A stretch of 62,714 nucleotides of DNA from an uncultured bacterium. GTDB taxonomy: Bacteria; CAZSTA01. Location of the stretch: positions 1-62,714 of the forward strand of contig CAZSTA010000001.1 in NCBI GenBank assembly GCA_964609495.1. The letters are read 5' to 3'. The notes beneath the pieces are model-generated. The model had not been told where the DNA came from. It made no database searches and saw only the letters and a program-made list of their open reading frames with translations. A program made the translations under genes and the position numbers. Below are positions 19,271-29,639 of the stretch, one piece after another; position 1 is the stretch's first letter, and the number at the start of each line of letters is the position of its first letter.

Positions 19271-20188
19271 ATGCATGATAACAAAAGGAAGAGAAGAAAG
19301 ATCAGGGGATTCAGCAAGGTTGGCTCGATCGAGGCCAGATGGGGATATTTTTTCCTCCTGCCAAATATTATCGGCTTTCTAACCTTTACTTTAATTCCCG
19401 TTGCTGTTTCCCTCTTCCTGAGCTTGTGTCGTTACGATATCCTAACTCCCGCGAGATTCGTCGGTTTATTAAACTATTCTAGACTGCTGAGAGATTCTTA
19501 TAATTTGAATGCGCTGAAGAATACCCTATATTATACCCTGGGGGTTATACCATCAGGGATAATTATCTCTTTATTTCTAGCCATATTAGTAAATCAAAAA
19601 TTGAAGGAGATCGTCCTTTATCGCGCCCTTTTCTTTCTACCAGTTATAACTTCTATGGTAGCGGTAAGCGTCGTCTGGGCTTGGTTATACGATCCGGTCA
19701 ACGGCTACATCAACTATATCCTCAGATGGTTCGGGATAGATGGCCCAAACTGGTTGGGATCTACTACATGGGCAATGCCGGCGATCATCATTATGAGTGT
19801 TTGGAAGGGACTAGGCTTCAATATGGTGATTTATTTAGCCGCTCTACAAGGGATTCCTGAACAACTGTATGAAGCGGCTAGGATAGACGGAGCTGGCTGG
19901 TGGGCTCAATTTCGCCATATAACTCTGCCGATGGTCAGTCCGACCACCTTTTTCGTTCTGATAATGTCCGTTATAGGATCCTTCCAGGTTTTTGATCAAG
20001 CCTATATTATGACCAGAGGAGGGCCAGCGGAAGCGACAACGACTATGGTTTATCAAATTTACGTCAATGCATTCCAATACTTCCGGATGGGATATGCCTC
20101 GGCAATAGCTTGGCTTCTGTTCTTCATTATCTTAGGAGCTAGTCTATTTCAGATAAAATTTCAAAAGAGGTGGGTGTTCTATGAATAA
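19271..20188 (+). CDS. Carbohydrate ABC permease
   Basis: WKGLGFNMVIYLAALQGIPEQLYEAARIDGA. Confidence 0.92.
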   Translation: MHDNKRKRRKIRGFSKVGSIEARWGYFFLLPNIIGFLTFTLIPVAVSLFLSLCRYDILTPARFVGLLNYSRLLRDSYNLNALKNTLYYTLGVIPSGIIISLFLAILVNQKLKEIVLYRALFFLPVITSMVAVSVVWAWLYDPVNGYINYILRWFGIDGPNWLGSTTWAMPAIIIMSVWKGLGFNMVIYLAALQGIPEQLYEAARIDGAGWWAQFRHITLPMVSPTTFFVLIMSVIGSFQVFDQAYIMTRGGPAEATTTMVYQIYVNAFQYFRMGYASAIAWLLFFIILGASLFQIKFQKRWVFYE

Positions 20189-21014
20189 AAAGACCAAAGA
20201 CTTCATCCTCAGGTCGATTCTACGCATATTTCTTATAATCATCAGCTTAATGATGGTTGTGCCATTTCTCTGGATGATAACCACCTCGCTGAAGACCTCG
20301 GATCAGATCTTTACCTGGCCTCCAGAATGGATACCAAAGCCGGTTATATGGAGTAATTATATAGATGCTACCACTTTCTTTCCCTTCTTTCGCTATCTCT
20401 TAAATACCGCTTTCATTACTATCTGTATCGTTATTGGACAATTGATCACCTGCTCGATGGGGGGCTATGCCTTTGCTAGAGTGAGATTTCCTGGTCGAGA
20501 TACGCTTTTCATCTTGTATATAGCTACAATGATGATCCCTGGTCAGGTAACCATCATTCCAGTATATATCCTATTCAAGTGGCTTCATTGGATCGATACC
20601 TACTACGCGGTGATTGTCCCAGGATTATTCAGCGCTTTTGGGACCTTTCTTCTGCGTCAGTTCTTCCTGACTATTCCTAGAGAGTTAGAGGAAGCAGCTA
20701 TCATCGATGGCTGTTCCATCTTCGGCATCTATCATAGGATAATCCTACCACTTTCCAAGCCAGCTTTAGCCACTTTAGGAATATTCACCTTTATGGGAGC
20801 TTGGAATAGCTTCTTTTGGCCCCTGATCGTCTTGAATAGCCAGGAACGAATGACCCTATCCGTTGGACTCGCTCTTTTCGTAGGTCCTTTTGATACCACC
20901 TTCAACACCCTTATGGCGGCCTCAACTCTAGTTCTCCTTCCTGTAATTCTAGCTTATGTCTTCGCCCAAGGGTATTTCGTTAGAGGGATAACTCTATCGG
21001 GGTTGAAGGGATAG
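20181..21014 (+). CDS. Carbohydrate ABC permease
   Basis: RQFFLTIPRELEEAAIIDG and WNSFFWPL. Confidence 0.92.
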   Translation: MNKKTKDFILRSILRIFLIIISLMMVVPFLWMITTSLKTSDQIFTWPPEWIPKPVIWSNYIDATTFFPFFRYLLNTAFITICIVIGQLITCSMGGYAFARVRFPGRDTLFILYIATMMIPGQVTIIPVYILFKWLHWIDTYYAVIVPGLFSAFGTFLLRQFFLTIPRELEEAAIIDGCSIFGIYHRIILPLSKPALATLGIFTFMGAWNSFFWPLIVLNSQERMTLSVGLALFVGPFDTTFNTLMAASTLVLLPVILAYVFAQGYFVRGITLSGLKG

Positions 21015-21063
21015 AGATTATTTAATGCGAAGTATAGACTCAATGAATTAAGGAGATGATCCA

Positions 21064-23361
21064 GTGACAACTTATAAGATCGACACTGAGAATCTATGCG
21101 TTGAATATGACTCGGGCAGAGGCATTTTTAATTCTTGGATAGGAGAGAAACCCCTATTTACAGAAGCCGTTATTGGTTTTGCTGATGGGGAGGGAGTGTT
21201 TATTAGCGGTAGCGATCCTTCTTATCGGAGAGAAGTTATAGTCGATAAACTACCCAATCCCTGGACTGAGGCTCAAGTTATGAAAGTGATCTATCGTTCG
21301 GCTAACCTTCCAACATTAGCTCACACTATCTATATCTTCGAGGATAAGCTCGCTTTGGGGTTCGATATAGAGATCATAAATGAGAGCGAGGAGGATATAT
21401 ATATCCGAGAGTTATATCCCTTAAGGTTGATGGAGGGAGGAAATCTCCTTATTTTCTCCGATCCCAAAAGCTTAAGAGTTTTGCAAGGTCATTATTGGAT
21501 GACAGCGGAGGAAAATTATCGCCTGAGAAGTTTAGAAGATGGGAAACCAGTTAGAAATTGGTGGACAACAGCGATCGCTTCTCCCTCCTCGAAAGAGGGA
21601 TTAGTAGCAGGGATACTATCCGCGGCTAATACCGAGGCCGCGATAATAACCAGATATTCGTCTGAAAGTAATAGTCTCGAACTTGTATTTAGTGGGGGCT
21701 GCTATTTGGATATAAATAAGCGTCACTATGAAACAGAAGAAATCTCTCCTGATATGGAAAGAAGGCCCCTCAGGATTCCTCCGGGAAATTTGTTTAAGAT
21801 GTCGCCGGTTATTTTGATATGGAATAGCGATATATTTCAGGGGTTAAAAGAATATTCAGAGACGATAAAAACTTATAATAACATAAAGCTTCCACCCCAT
21901 CCACCAGCAGGATTATTTACTGGGTATAGCATCGATAAGAAAAATGAGAGGGCTATAAACCTCAACGAGAGGGCAATCGAGGAATGGCTTGAATTTCTCC
22001 AAGAGACGAGTCTTCGGAGATATGGAATAGAGTATATTAAGATAGAGTTTGGTTTTGAAGGCTCTCCAACCATCTTTAACCCCTATGAGATGAATCGTCT
22101 TGGATTGCGCGGTTATAAAGTTGAGAAATATTTTCCCAAGGGTATAAAAGCATTGGTTGATGAGATTCACAGAAGGGGATTTAAGGCTGCGTGGCAATCT
22201 CGAACCTTTCTATATGTCAAGGGCGGGAGTCAAGATGAGGATGAGCGGACACGGGGAATATATAAAAGGGCAGTAGAGGAATGGGGTTTTGACTATTTGA
22301 TGTTGGACTTTAATTACACAGATCTAACTAACTCCTGTTGGGAACGATCAGCAATGGATTTGATTCGTCATCGCTTCGAAGTTATCAGGGAGGCTGTAGG
22401 AGATGATATCTTTATTGAAGCATGTATGATCCCCTTTGGGCCAATAATGGAGGTAGCCGATGGCTTTCGCCCCTCAAGCGATTTTCGCGCGGGGTTGGAT
22501 GATTATCTACTCAAGGGCTTTAAATCACGTTATTATCTAAACGGATATTGCTTCTATAACGATGCGGAATTCTTCGATGTCTCGGAGAGGCCCTTTCCTC
22601 CTCAGCGCCGGGGAACTGTGGAGGATGGTTGGGTGGGAGCGAGCGAATTCATTATCTATCCTATGGAACGGACTAAGGCTTGGTTATCGCTCATTGGAAT
22701 CGCTGGGTTAAGCCTCTTTTGCGGAGGATATCTTCCTGCTTCTACTGCGGAGAGATGGAATCTATACAAGAAATTCCTGCCGGTCTATCCTATAGGAGGG
22801 CGACCGGTAGATCTATTTGAGAACGAATTGCCTCGAATATGGGATCTGAAGATGGAGAAGAAATTCGGAAGTTGGAACGTTGTAGGTCTATTTAACTGGA
22901 GTGATGAGGAGGAGCAAGAGATAAGTATAGATTTCAAAGAGTTGTACTTGGATAGTTCAGAGAAGTATCTCCTCTTCGATTTCTGGAGGAGCAAGTTTCT
23001 AGGGGAGTTTCAAGGTTCGTTCTCGGCTACCTTACAACCAAGAAGCTGTCTTGTGTTAGCGCTACACAGAAAGAGTGAAGTTCCCAAAGTCATCTCAACC
23101 GATAGACATATAACCCAAGGAGGGATAGAACTTATCGATGTTAAATGGGATGAAGCAAATAATACTTTGAGAGGTATCTCAAAGAGTCCGAAGAATACCT
23201 CTCATAATATCTTTATTTATTTGCCTAAAGGATATGAGGTGGGTAATCTTTCAGGTTGCGAGATGATCGAGGTGGAGAAGGATATCTTGAAGGTAGCAGT
23301 TGGGTTTGATGCCTCTAAGAGAAGGGAGTGGATGATAGTATTTAATAGAGAAGAGAGATAG
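21064..23361 (+). CDS. GH36/GH27 (clan D)-like glycoside hydrolase, divergent
   Basis: EIHRRGFKAAW, WGFDYLMLDF, DGFRPSSD, and C-terminal VVGLFNWSD, ISTDRHITQGG. Confidence 0.6.
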   Translation: MTTYKIDTENLCVEYDSGRGIFNSWIGEKPLFTEAVIGFADGEGVFISGSDPSYRREVIVDKLPNPWTEAQVMKVIYRSANLPTLAHTIYIFEDKLALGFDIEIINESEEDIYIRELYPLRLMEGGNLLIFSDPKSLRVLQGHYWMTAEENYRLRSLEDGKPVRNWWTTAIASPSSKEGLVAGILSAANTEAAIITRYSSESNSLELVFSGGCYLDINKRHYETEEISPDMERRPLRIPPGNLFKMSPVILIWNSDIFQGLKEYSETIKTYNNIKLPPHPPAGLFTGYSIDKKNERAINLNERAIEEWLEFLQETSLRRYGIEYIKIEFGFEGSPTIFNPYEMNRLGLRGYKVEKYFPKGIKALVDEIHRRGFKAAWQSRTFLYVKGGSQDEDERTRGIYKRAVEEWGFDYLMLDFNYTDLTNSCWERSAMDLIRHRFEVIREAVGDDIFIEACMIPFGPIMEVADGFRPSSDFRAGLDDYLLKGFKSRYYLNGYCFYNDAEFFDVSERPFPPQRRGTVEDGWVGASEFIIYPMERTKAWLSLIGIAGLSLFCGGYLPASTAERWNLYKKFLPVYPIGGRPVDLFENELPRIWDLKMEKKFGSWNVVGLFNWSDEEEQEISIDFKELYLDSSEKYLLFDFWRSKFLGEFQGSFSATLQPRSCLVLALHRKSEVPKVISTDRHITQGGIELIDVKWDEANNTLRGISKSPKNTSHNIFIYLPKGYEVGNLSGCEMIEVEKDILKVAVGFDASKRREWMIVFNREER

Positions 23362-23401
23362 TGATGAAATATAACCTCAAGTTAAGGGAGTAAATAGGAG
23401 A

Positions 23402-25900
23402 ATGACGCGATGTTTACTGATGATAACTATTATGAGCTTGGCTATGGTAGCATTTATGATGCCGCAGGTCAATGGTTTCAATCCCGAATTAAATTCGGAA
23501 AACTCCAGAAAGGTGGAGAATCTCGCTATGAAAATTATGGGGATAGATATATCCACAGAGCATCTCAAATATATTCTAGATAAAACTGCTGAGAAACCCT
23601 ATGCCTATATCCTACACCCTTATGATGTAGGGGAACGAATAGACTTCGAACAGGATTATGTCTGGCATTCTCTTAAGAAGGAGAGAGGATATGATATCAG
23701 TGAGCGCGGAAAGCTTGGAGTGATCAATATAAATTCCGATATAAATTGCTTGATAGGATTCGGAGCTCCAGATTCCGCTCCTGTCTTTGATATGGAGAGC
23801 AAAATCGAGCTTCATATAATGAATGTTCTAGTAGAGAAAGTCGATTCTTATAATTGGCTGGAGGCAGAAGTATGTTTCACCCCTTACAATTCTTCTACTC
23901 TTCTGATCGTTTTGAAGTTGAAAAATAAGGGCGATGAGGAGAGGAAATTATCCTGTTATCACTTGATAGGAAGGAGTAGGGGATTGCCCGATAGATATCG
24001 CAGTGAAATAGTTTATACTAAGGAGATGTTAGGAACTGAATGGAGTTGGAATGCGGAGAAGGAACGGAATGAGGCTATGCAAGTTATCTATAGCGAGGGG
24101 GAGTGTAGCAATCTCCTTTGCACTTTAGGAGCTAGCGAGATAGCAAAACAGGCTGATGTTGAGGAATTAAATTTAGATAATGAATATCTGATAGGGCAGG
24201 TAGTTGAGGTAACTTTGGGTGCGGAGGAGGAGAGGACGATTATTTTCTCTCTAAATATGCATTCTTTCGATAAAGGAAGGGATGAGATCTCCAAATTTTA
24301 TGGAACGCGAATCACAAAGCTGGCTTTGCGTTATGATTGGCAGAAGCATATCAAGACCAGCTTAAAGAAGTATGAGAGGTATCCAGTAGTCGAGCTGCCG
24401 GAGGAGAGTTGGGAGAGCTATTTCTACTCAGCTTTGGAGCTTCCTCAAGCGGAGACCTTCAACCCCCAGCGAAATATGAAATTCCCATTCTATACTCTAT
24501 GTCGAGCGCAAGGACAAGCTCATAAGAATCGACAGTGGTTTGAGGGAGGATGGACAGGATCAGGAGATTGCAGCCTATCGCTCTTTGCGACCCTGCCTGT
24601 GGATCCCTATCTTCCGATGGACCACTTCCGAAATAACATTGATCATCAAGCGGAGAGCGGATTATTGCCGAGCCTCTCAGTTGATGAGCTTTGGGTTGAG
24701 GGATCTCCTCCCATTATGATTTGGGAGGCTTGGAATACCTACCTATGGACAGGGGATAGAGAGTTTCTGGAAGAGACATTTGAAGCGGGTAAGAAGGATC
24801 TCGAGGGTTGGTATAACGAGCGAGATAGAACAGGAGATGGACTGTGCTATTTCAAGGACGTAATTGAGAATCTGAGGGATACCGGATTTTCGGGATGGAA
24901 TGTGCAGGATGGCCATAATCCTAATAAGGTGCCAACTTTTCTTGTAGTTCCAATCTATGAGCAGGAGAACCTAGACCTGAATTGCTATCTCCTTAGCGAG
25001 GAGAGGGCTATGGCTCAGATAGCTGAACTGCTCGGTTATCAAGATGAAGCGAAGAAGTATAGAGAACTAGCGGATAGGAGAATACAATTTATGAATTGGT
25101 ATATGTGGAATGAGGAAGATAAATGCTATTATGGAATAAGTGAGTATAATGGAACTATGGCTAATGTGAAGGATGTCGCGATCTTCTTCCCCTTATTCGC
25201 TGGTTTAGCTCCTCAAGAGCGAGCAGAGGAGTTAGTTAAACATCTAGATGATCCCGAGGAGTTTAAAACTGCTTATCCAGTTCCGACTTTAGCAATGGAC
25301 GAGCCCACTTTCAAGTCTGATTGGCACTGGCATGGTCCAACTTGGATTCAGATGAATTGGCTGATTATGTTGGGATTGCGAGATTATGGCTACTATTCGA
25401 AAGCCTCGGAACTAGCCTATATAAATACCAAGATGATGTTCGATGGGCTTGAGGAGACATCTCACTTCAGCGAATATTACGATTCCATAACTGGAAAAGG
25501 TATCGGGCTTTATGACTATATCTGGGATGCTCTTCCGGCTGCATATATTACTCGGATATTCTTCGGGATAGAGCCTCATGCGGAGGGATTAGCTATACTT
25601 CCAGCTTTACCAGGAGACTGGAAGCAAATAAGGATCAGGGAGCTTCATATAAGGGGTAGCCTTATCGATCTAGAGGTTAAGAGGAGTCAAGAGGTAAAGC
25701 AGACATCAGTAACAGTTAATGGCGAATCTAAATCTGTTCTGGATAATAGGGGAATATTTATCTCTTGGAATGACATGCCAAGTAAGCTGAGTATAGTGAT
25801 AGCTCATCCCTTAAATATTACCGAAGTGCACAAGCCACCGGAGGAGATGCCAAAATTGACTGGAGTGGAGATACCTCCTAAGCGATTTGCTAAATTTTAA
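23402..25900 (+). CDS. GH63/MGH1-like (alpha/alpha)6 glycoside hydrolase with signal peptide
   Basis: PPIMIWEAWNTYL.TGDREFL, DLNCYL..E..MAQIA..LG, FFPLFAG, WHGPTW, EYYDSITGKG. Hydrophobic N-terminus. Confidence 0.65.
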   Translation: MTRCLLMITIMSLAMVAFMMPQVNGFNPELNSENSRKVENLAMKIMGIDISTEHLKYILDKTAEKPYAYILHPYDVGERIDFEQDYVWHSLKKERGYDISERGKLGVININSDINCLIGFGAPDSAPVFDMESKIELHIMNVLVEKVDSYNWLEAEVCFTPYNSSTLLIVLKLKNKGDEERKLSCYHLIGRSRGLPDRYRSEIVYTKEMLGTEWSWNAEKERNEAMQVIYSEGECSNLLCTLGASEIAKQADVEELNLDNEYLIGQVVEVTLGAEEERTIIFSLNMHSFDKGRDEISKFYGTRITKLALRYDWQKHIKTSLKKYERYPVVELPEESWESYFYSALELPQAETFNPQRNMKFPFYTLCRAQGQAHKNRQWFEGGWTGSGDCSLSLFATLPVDPYLPMDHFRNNIDHQAESGLLPSLSVDELWVEGSPPIMIWEAWNTYLWTGDREFLEETFEAGKKDLEGWYNERDRTGDGLCYFKDVIENLRDTGFSGWNVQDGHNPNKVPTFLVVPIYEQENLDLNCYLLSEERAMAQIAELLGYQDEAKKYRELADRRIQFMNWYMWNEEDKCYYGISEYNGTMANVKDVAIFFPLFAGLAPQERAEELVKHLDDPEEFKTAYPVPTLAMDEPTFKSDWHWHGPTWIQMNWLIMLGLRDYGYYSKASELAYINTKMMFDGLEETSHFSEYYDSITGKGIGLYDYIWDALPAAYITRIFFGIEPHAEGLAILPALPGDWKQIRIRELHIRGSLIDLEVKRSQEVKQTSVTVNGESKSVLDNRGIFISWNDMPSKLSIVIAHPLNITEVHKPPEEMPKLTGVEIPPKRFAKF

Positions 25901-25915
25901 AGAGGAGGAAGAATT

Positions 25916-26956
25916 ATGTTAGCCGCGGTATTAGAAGGCGTAGGGAAGATGGTACTGAAGGAGATGGAGAAGCCAAAAACGGGTTTTGGAGAGGTTGTAG
26001 TAAAGGTCATGGCTTGTGGGATATGCCAAACAGATTATTCTGCCTATACTGGGAGGAGAACTAATTTCACCCCCGGGGTGATTGTGGGGCATGAGATATC
26101 AGGAGTTGTGGATGAGATCGGAGAGGGAGTTACCACAGTTAAACCTCAAGATGAAGTTGTCATCCTACCTGCGGTGCAATGCGGCCATTGTAAATATTGT
26201 AGGACTGGGTTTGATAATTACTGTCCTAACGGATTGGCTATTGGAGGAGAGGGATATGACAATGTCCTAAATGGAGGATTCGCGGAGTATGTATTAGTTC
26301 CAGAGAAGACCTTGTATGAGAAGCCGAAGAATGTGTCCTTTCCAGCAGCAGCTTTGACCGAGCCTCTAGCAGGATCATATAAGGGACTGATAGAATTTAC
26401 TCAATTGAGAATAGGGGAGGATGTTGTTATAATTGGAGCTGGAGGGATGGGATTGCTGTTGACTCAGATAGCGGCTGCAGCTGGAGCCGGAAATCTGATC
26501 GTCATCGATATCGAGGATTTTAAGCAGGAATATGCTTTGAGGTGTGGAGCTAAACACTTCATAAACGCTCGTAAGGAGGATGCGAAGAAGAGGGTCTATG
26601 AAATCTTAGAGGATGGCCCTGATATCGTCTTCGAGGCGGCTGGCGCTTTAGAGGCAGCTAAGTTGACCTTTGACCTTACCAGAAGAGGAACAAGGATAAA
26701 TATGTTTGGAGTTATCATTCCGGGGGAGATCCCGGTCTCCCCAGCGAAGATCCACTTTCAGGAGACAAGGATGGATGCTTCCTTCTCCGTTACCCCCCGA
26801 GTTATGATAAAAGCTTTAGAACTGCTGAAGAAAGAACTCGTAGATCCAATGAAAATGATAACTCACCAGATCCCCTTGAAGGAGATCGATAAAGCCCTGG
26901 AGGTAATGGGTTCTCCGAATAGGGTGAAAGTAGTAGTTATTCCTAGTGAGAAGTAG
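25916..26956 (+). CDS. Zn-dependent sugar/polyol dehydrogenase (MDR family)
   Basis: CGIC..D, GHE, CGHCKYC...C and GAGGMG. Confidence 0.9.
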   Translation: MLAAVLEGVGKMVLKEMEKPKTGFGEVVVKVMACGICQTDYSAYTGRRTNFTPGVIVGHEISGVVDEIGEGVTTVKPQDEVVILPAVQCGHCKYCRTGFDNYCPNGLAIGGEGYDNVLNGGFAEYVLVPEKTLYEKPKNVSFPAAALTEPLAGSYKGLIEFTQLRIGEDVVIIGAGGMGLLLTQIAAAAGAGNLIVIDIEDFKQEYALRCGAKHFINARKEDAKKRVYEILEDGPDIVFEAAGALEAAKLTFDLTRRGTRINMFGVIIPGEIPVSPAKIHFQETRMDASFSVTPRVMIKALELLKKELVDPMKMITHQIPLKEIDKALEVMGSPNRVKVVVIPSEK

Positions 26957-26970
26957 AGAGGGAGATAGGA

Positions 26971-27996
26971 GTGAAAGCGATAGTCGTCGAGAAGCCTAAT
27001 AGAGTGGTCTACAAGGAGGTGGATATACCAACTTTATCCTCGGGAGAGGTGCTGATTAAATTAAAGTACACTGCGATCTGTGCTACAGATTTCGGGGTTA
27101 TAGAGGGTCGAGTTCCGAAGGCGAGATATCCCATAATTCCGGGGCACGAGTGGAGTGGCATCGTGGAGGAAGTCTACGATAAGAGGGACGAGTATCTTTT
27201 AGGTAAAAGGGTAGTGGCAGAGAATCACATCACCTGTATGAGATGTCCAGCCTGTAGACAGGGCAAGTGGAATCAGTGCGTGAACTATGATGAGATCGGG
27301 TTCTCCAAAAATGGTGGTTATGCCGAATATCTTAAGACTATCGCAAATAATATACACCTACTTCCAGATGAAATATCCGATATCGAAGCCTCTCTTATCG
27401 AACCAACTGCAGTAGCAGTTTATACAATGCTCAGAACAGGGGTGCAGATTGGGGATAATGTTACGATATTGGGCGATGGCCCGATTGGCTTGCTCTGTAT
27501 GCAGATCGCGAAGAATATGGGGGGACAGAAGATATTAGTCTCTGGAGGACATGACAGCAGACTAAAGCTTGCTAGAAAATTTGGGGCTTATGAAACATTC
27601 AATAGGCATACTGATCCAATATCGATCGTTGAGAGAGTAAGGGAGATCCATGAAGGTGGCTCAGATGTTGTTATAGAGGCAGCAGGATCCCCAAAAGCAT
27701 TTAGAGACGCTCTAGATATTGCTCATCAAGAGGCGATAATCGGCATCACTGGTTTTTGTGAATGGAAAGAGGCGATAATCCAGCCAGATAAAATCTTAAC
27801 GAAGAATCTCACAGTGAGAGGGGCAGATGCAAGTCCTGGGACCTGGGATATCGCAATAAGATTAGTGGCAAATGGAAAGATCAATCTGAGAGAGCTAATA
27901 TCTCATACTTTCCAATTAGAGGAATGTGAGAAAGCTTTAATGATAGTTAAGAATAAGGAAGATGATCTTGTGAAAGGCGTATTCAAAATTAACTGA
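26971..27996 (+). CDS. Zn-dependent sugar/polyol dehydrogenase (MDR family)
   Basis: ICATD, PGHEWSG, CMRCPAC...C and GDGPIG. Confidence 0.9.
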   Translation: MKAIVVEKPNRVVYKEVDIPTLSSGEVLIKLKYTAICATDFGVIEGRVPKARYPIIPGHEWSGIVEEVYDKRDEYLLGKRVVAENHITCMRCPACRQGKWNQCVNYDEIGFSKNGGYAEYLKTIANNIHLLPDEISDIEASLIEPTAVAVYTMLRTGVQIGDNVTILGDGPIGLLCMQIAKNMGGQKILVSGGHDSRLKLARKFGAYETFNRHTDPISIVERVREIHEGGSDVVIEAAGSPKAFRDALDIAHQEAIIGITGFCEWKEAIIQPDKILTKNLTVRGADASPGTWDIAIRLVANGKINLRELISHTFQLEECEKALMIVKNKEDDLVKGVFKIN

Positions 27997-28359
27997 AGGT
28001 GGAAAATAATTCTACAAAGAATCTCTCTATAAACGTCTTTTAAACTATAGCCTTATCAGCTTTGTCTGATTCGAATCTGCTCTACGACAGCGATTAGAAA
28101 TATTTATGCCCCACTTTCAAATAATTCTTTGATAGTCCGAATATAAATCTGTCAGCATATTATATAACAATTCTTGTTATAATCAACACTGTTGAGAGAG
28201 ACCATCCAAATTGTTAAGATCTCAAAACTTTTTCTCTTTTTTACCCAAAGAGAGAATTATTGGTGAATCAGAGAATTAAAAGAAGCTAGGGATCGGAAGC
28301 AGATGGAGGAGTTAATACTTCTAATCCCTAAACCACCTCACAGAGGTAAAAAGAAGGGT

Positions 28360-28598
28360 GTCAACGACCCCGCCCATAAAGGGCGAGGCTTGAAGGACAA
28401 GCCTACGTTGACTAGGGGGCTAACGCTAGTTAGCAAGTAGTTAAGGAGGAGAGATACATACACACCTTGAGATGCTCCTTAAGTCTCAAGCTCTGTGGCT
28501 TGGTGGTTAAACAGTTCTGTGAGGTAGAAACAGTGCTGCCAGGCTTAAAAAACCCTTCTTAACCTCCCCGATGAGGACTAACCCACCGCAAGGTGGAG
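28360..28598 (+). ncRNA. IscB-associated omegaRNA (HEARO-type) scaffold
   Basis: GTCAACGACCCCGCCCATAAAGGGCGAGGCTTG...GTTGACTAG...ACACCTTGAGATGCTCCTTAAGTCTCAAGCTCTGTGG...GGTTAAACAGTTCTG...AACAGTGC follows the order of conserved HEARO/omegaRNA blocks as I recall them. Confidence 0.8.
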
Positions 28599-28699
28599 TA
28601 AAGAAGGCTCTATGTTAGCCTTCGTTAAACCCTGGGGGATGGAACACCTATATTTACTAGGCGTTTCATCCCCTACCACAAGAGTAGGGTTTTCACGCC
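28360..28699 (+). mobile_element. Non-autonomous IS200/IS605-type element (omegaRNA plus right end, iscB deleted)
   Basis: Right-end-like hairpin TTTCATCCCCTACCACAAGAGTAGGGTTTTCACGCC lies about 70 bp after the RNA. Only a 34-aa ORF from the ATG at 28612 (MLAFV...) lies between. Confidence 0.7.
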
Positions 28700-28898
28700 A
28701 GTTTTTTATAAAATAGGGACTGGAGATATAGCTATCATAGCACTCCGACCCCTAATGATTATCACTTATCTATCTATATTATACCAGATGTGAAGCGGTT
28801 ATCAAGATCATTGGAGAGTAGATTAGGAGGGATTGAATCTATAAGCTAAATTCCACTTAGAGCTAATTATATTAACTTAAAGAAATGATTAAGGAGCA

Positions 28899-29111
28899 CT
28901 ACACTACAGGATGATAATCTAAGTATTCTAGGGGATGAAGGTAATACTCCTCTTGTCCCCAGGCAGGAAGACGACAGACACATTTCACTAACCTTATCCC
29001 CGTCTCGTTCCCCTCGGAAACTTCTAACCAACCACTATCTTGACAAATAGGACACTTAAAATCCTTATGCCCTTCAATCTCAGAAGTTAAAGCTAAATTT
29101 CCCTTAATCAT
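28899..29111 (-). CDS. Small Zn-ribbon protein (CPIC.DSGW...KCVC), divergent from rep
   Basis: GAGGTG RBS. Four cysteines arranged as in the N-terminal Zn finger of phage DnaC/IstB-like loaders, but with no ATPase domain. Confidence 0.55.
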   Translation of the reverse strand: MIKGNLALTSEIEGHKDFKCPICQDSGWLEVSEGNETGIRLVKCVCRLPAWGQEEYYLHPLEYLDYHPVV

Positions 29112-29398
29112 TTTTGGTCACCTCTTAATTTCATTATACCTAATTAATCCTATTTGTTCAAATCCGCTAGGTTGATATAGGAGAAGATTAGAAACCTAAA
29201 AGATCGCTGAACATCTTTTTTCATCCAAAATCTTATAAATCGCTCATTTTAATCGAACAAATGTTCAGTTATATTAACTTCGGTAGACTCCTGGTGAGTG
29301 TGAAGGGGAAAAAGATAATTGGAAGGGAATGAAAAAATCATCACAAGGGGCGATATCATCTTATCCTCAGCGATGTTATCTAAGTTTATAGATAAGTA

Positions 29399-29427
29399 TT
29401 GACAATTATATCCTAGAGTGATATAAT
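29399..29427 (+). promoter_or_regulatory. Consensus sigma70 promoter of the rep-like gene
   Basis: TTGACA-17 bp-TATAAT with extended TG, giving a leader of about 200 nt to the ATG at 29640. Confidence 0.8.
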
Positions 29428-29448
29428 AAAGCAAACAAATGAACCTTT

Positions 29449-29563
29449 AAAAAGAAAGAGAGAAGTGCTCGTTAATTCACGAGCACTACCCCCTCTAAGA
29501 GTGACGAAGCAACTTTTGCCCTAAAATTGCAATGACAGTTTACCGCTGCCATTACAAGAAGCT
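29449..29563 (-). ncRNA. Candidate counter-transcribed antisense RNA in the rep leader
   Basis: Lies between a minus-strand promoter (29570-29598) and a hairpin AGTGCTCGT-taattc-ACGAGCACT (29464-29487) that is followed on the minus strand by TCTCTCTTTCTTTTT. Confidence 0.55.
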
Positions 29564-29569
29564 ACATAC

Positions 29570-29598
29570 ATTTTACCATAAAAAGGTTGCAAAGTCAA
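29570..29598 (-). promoter_or_regulatory. Antisense promoter within the rep leader
   Basis: Minus strand TTGACT-ttgcaacctttttatgg-TAAAAT, 17-bp spacer with extended -10 TG. Confidence 0.65.
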
Positions 29599-29639
29599 GT
29601 TTTTTTAGAGGAGGTGATAAATAGAAAGGAGAGATTCTA

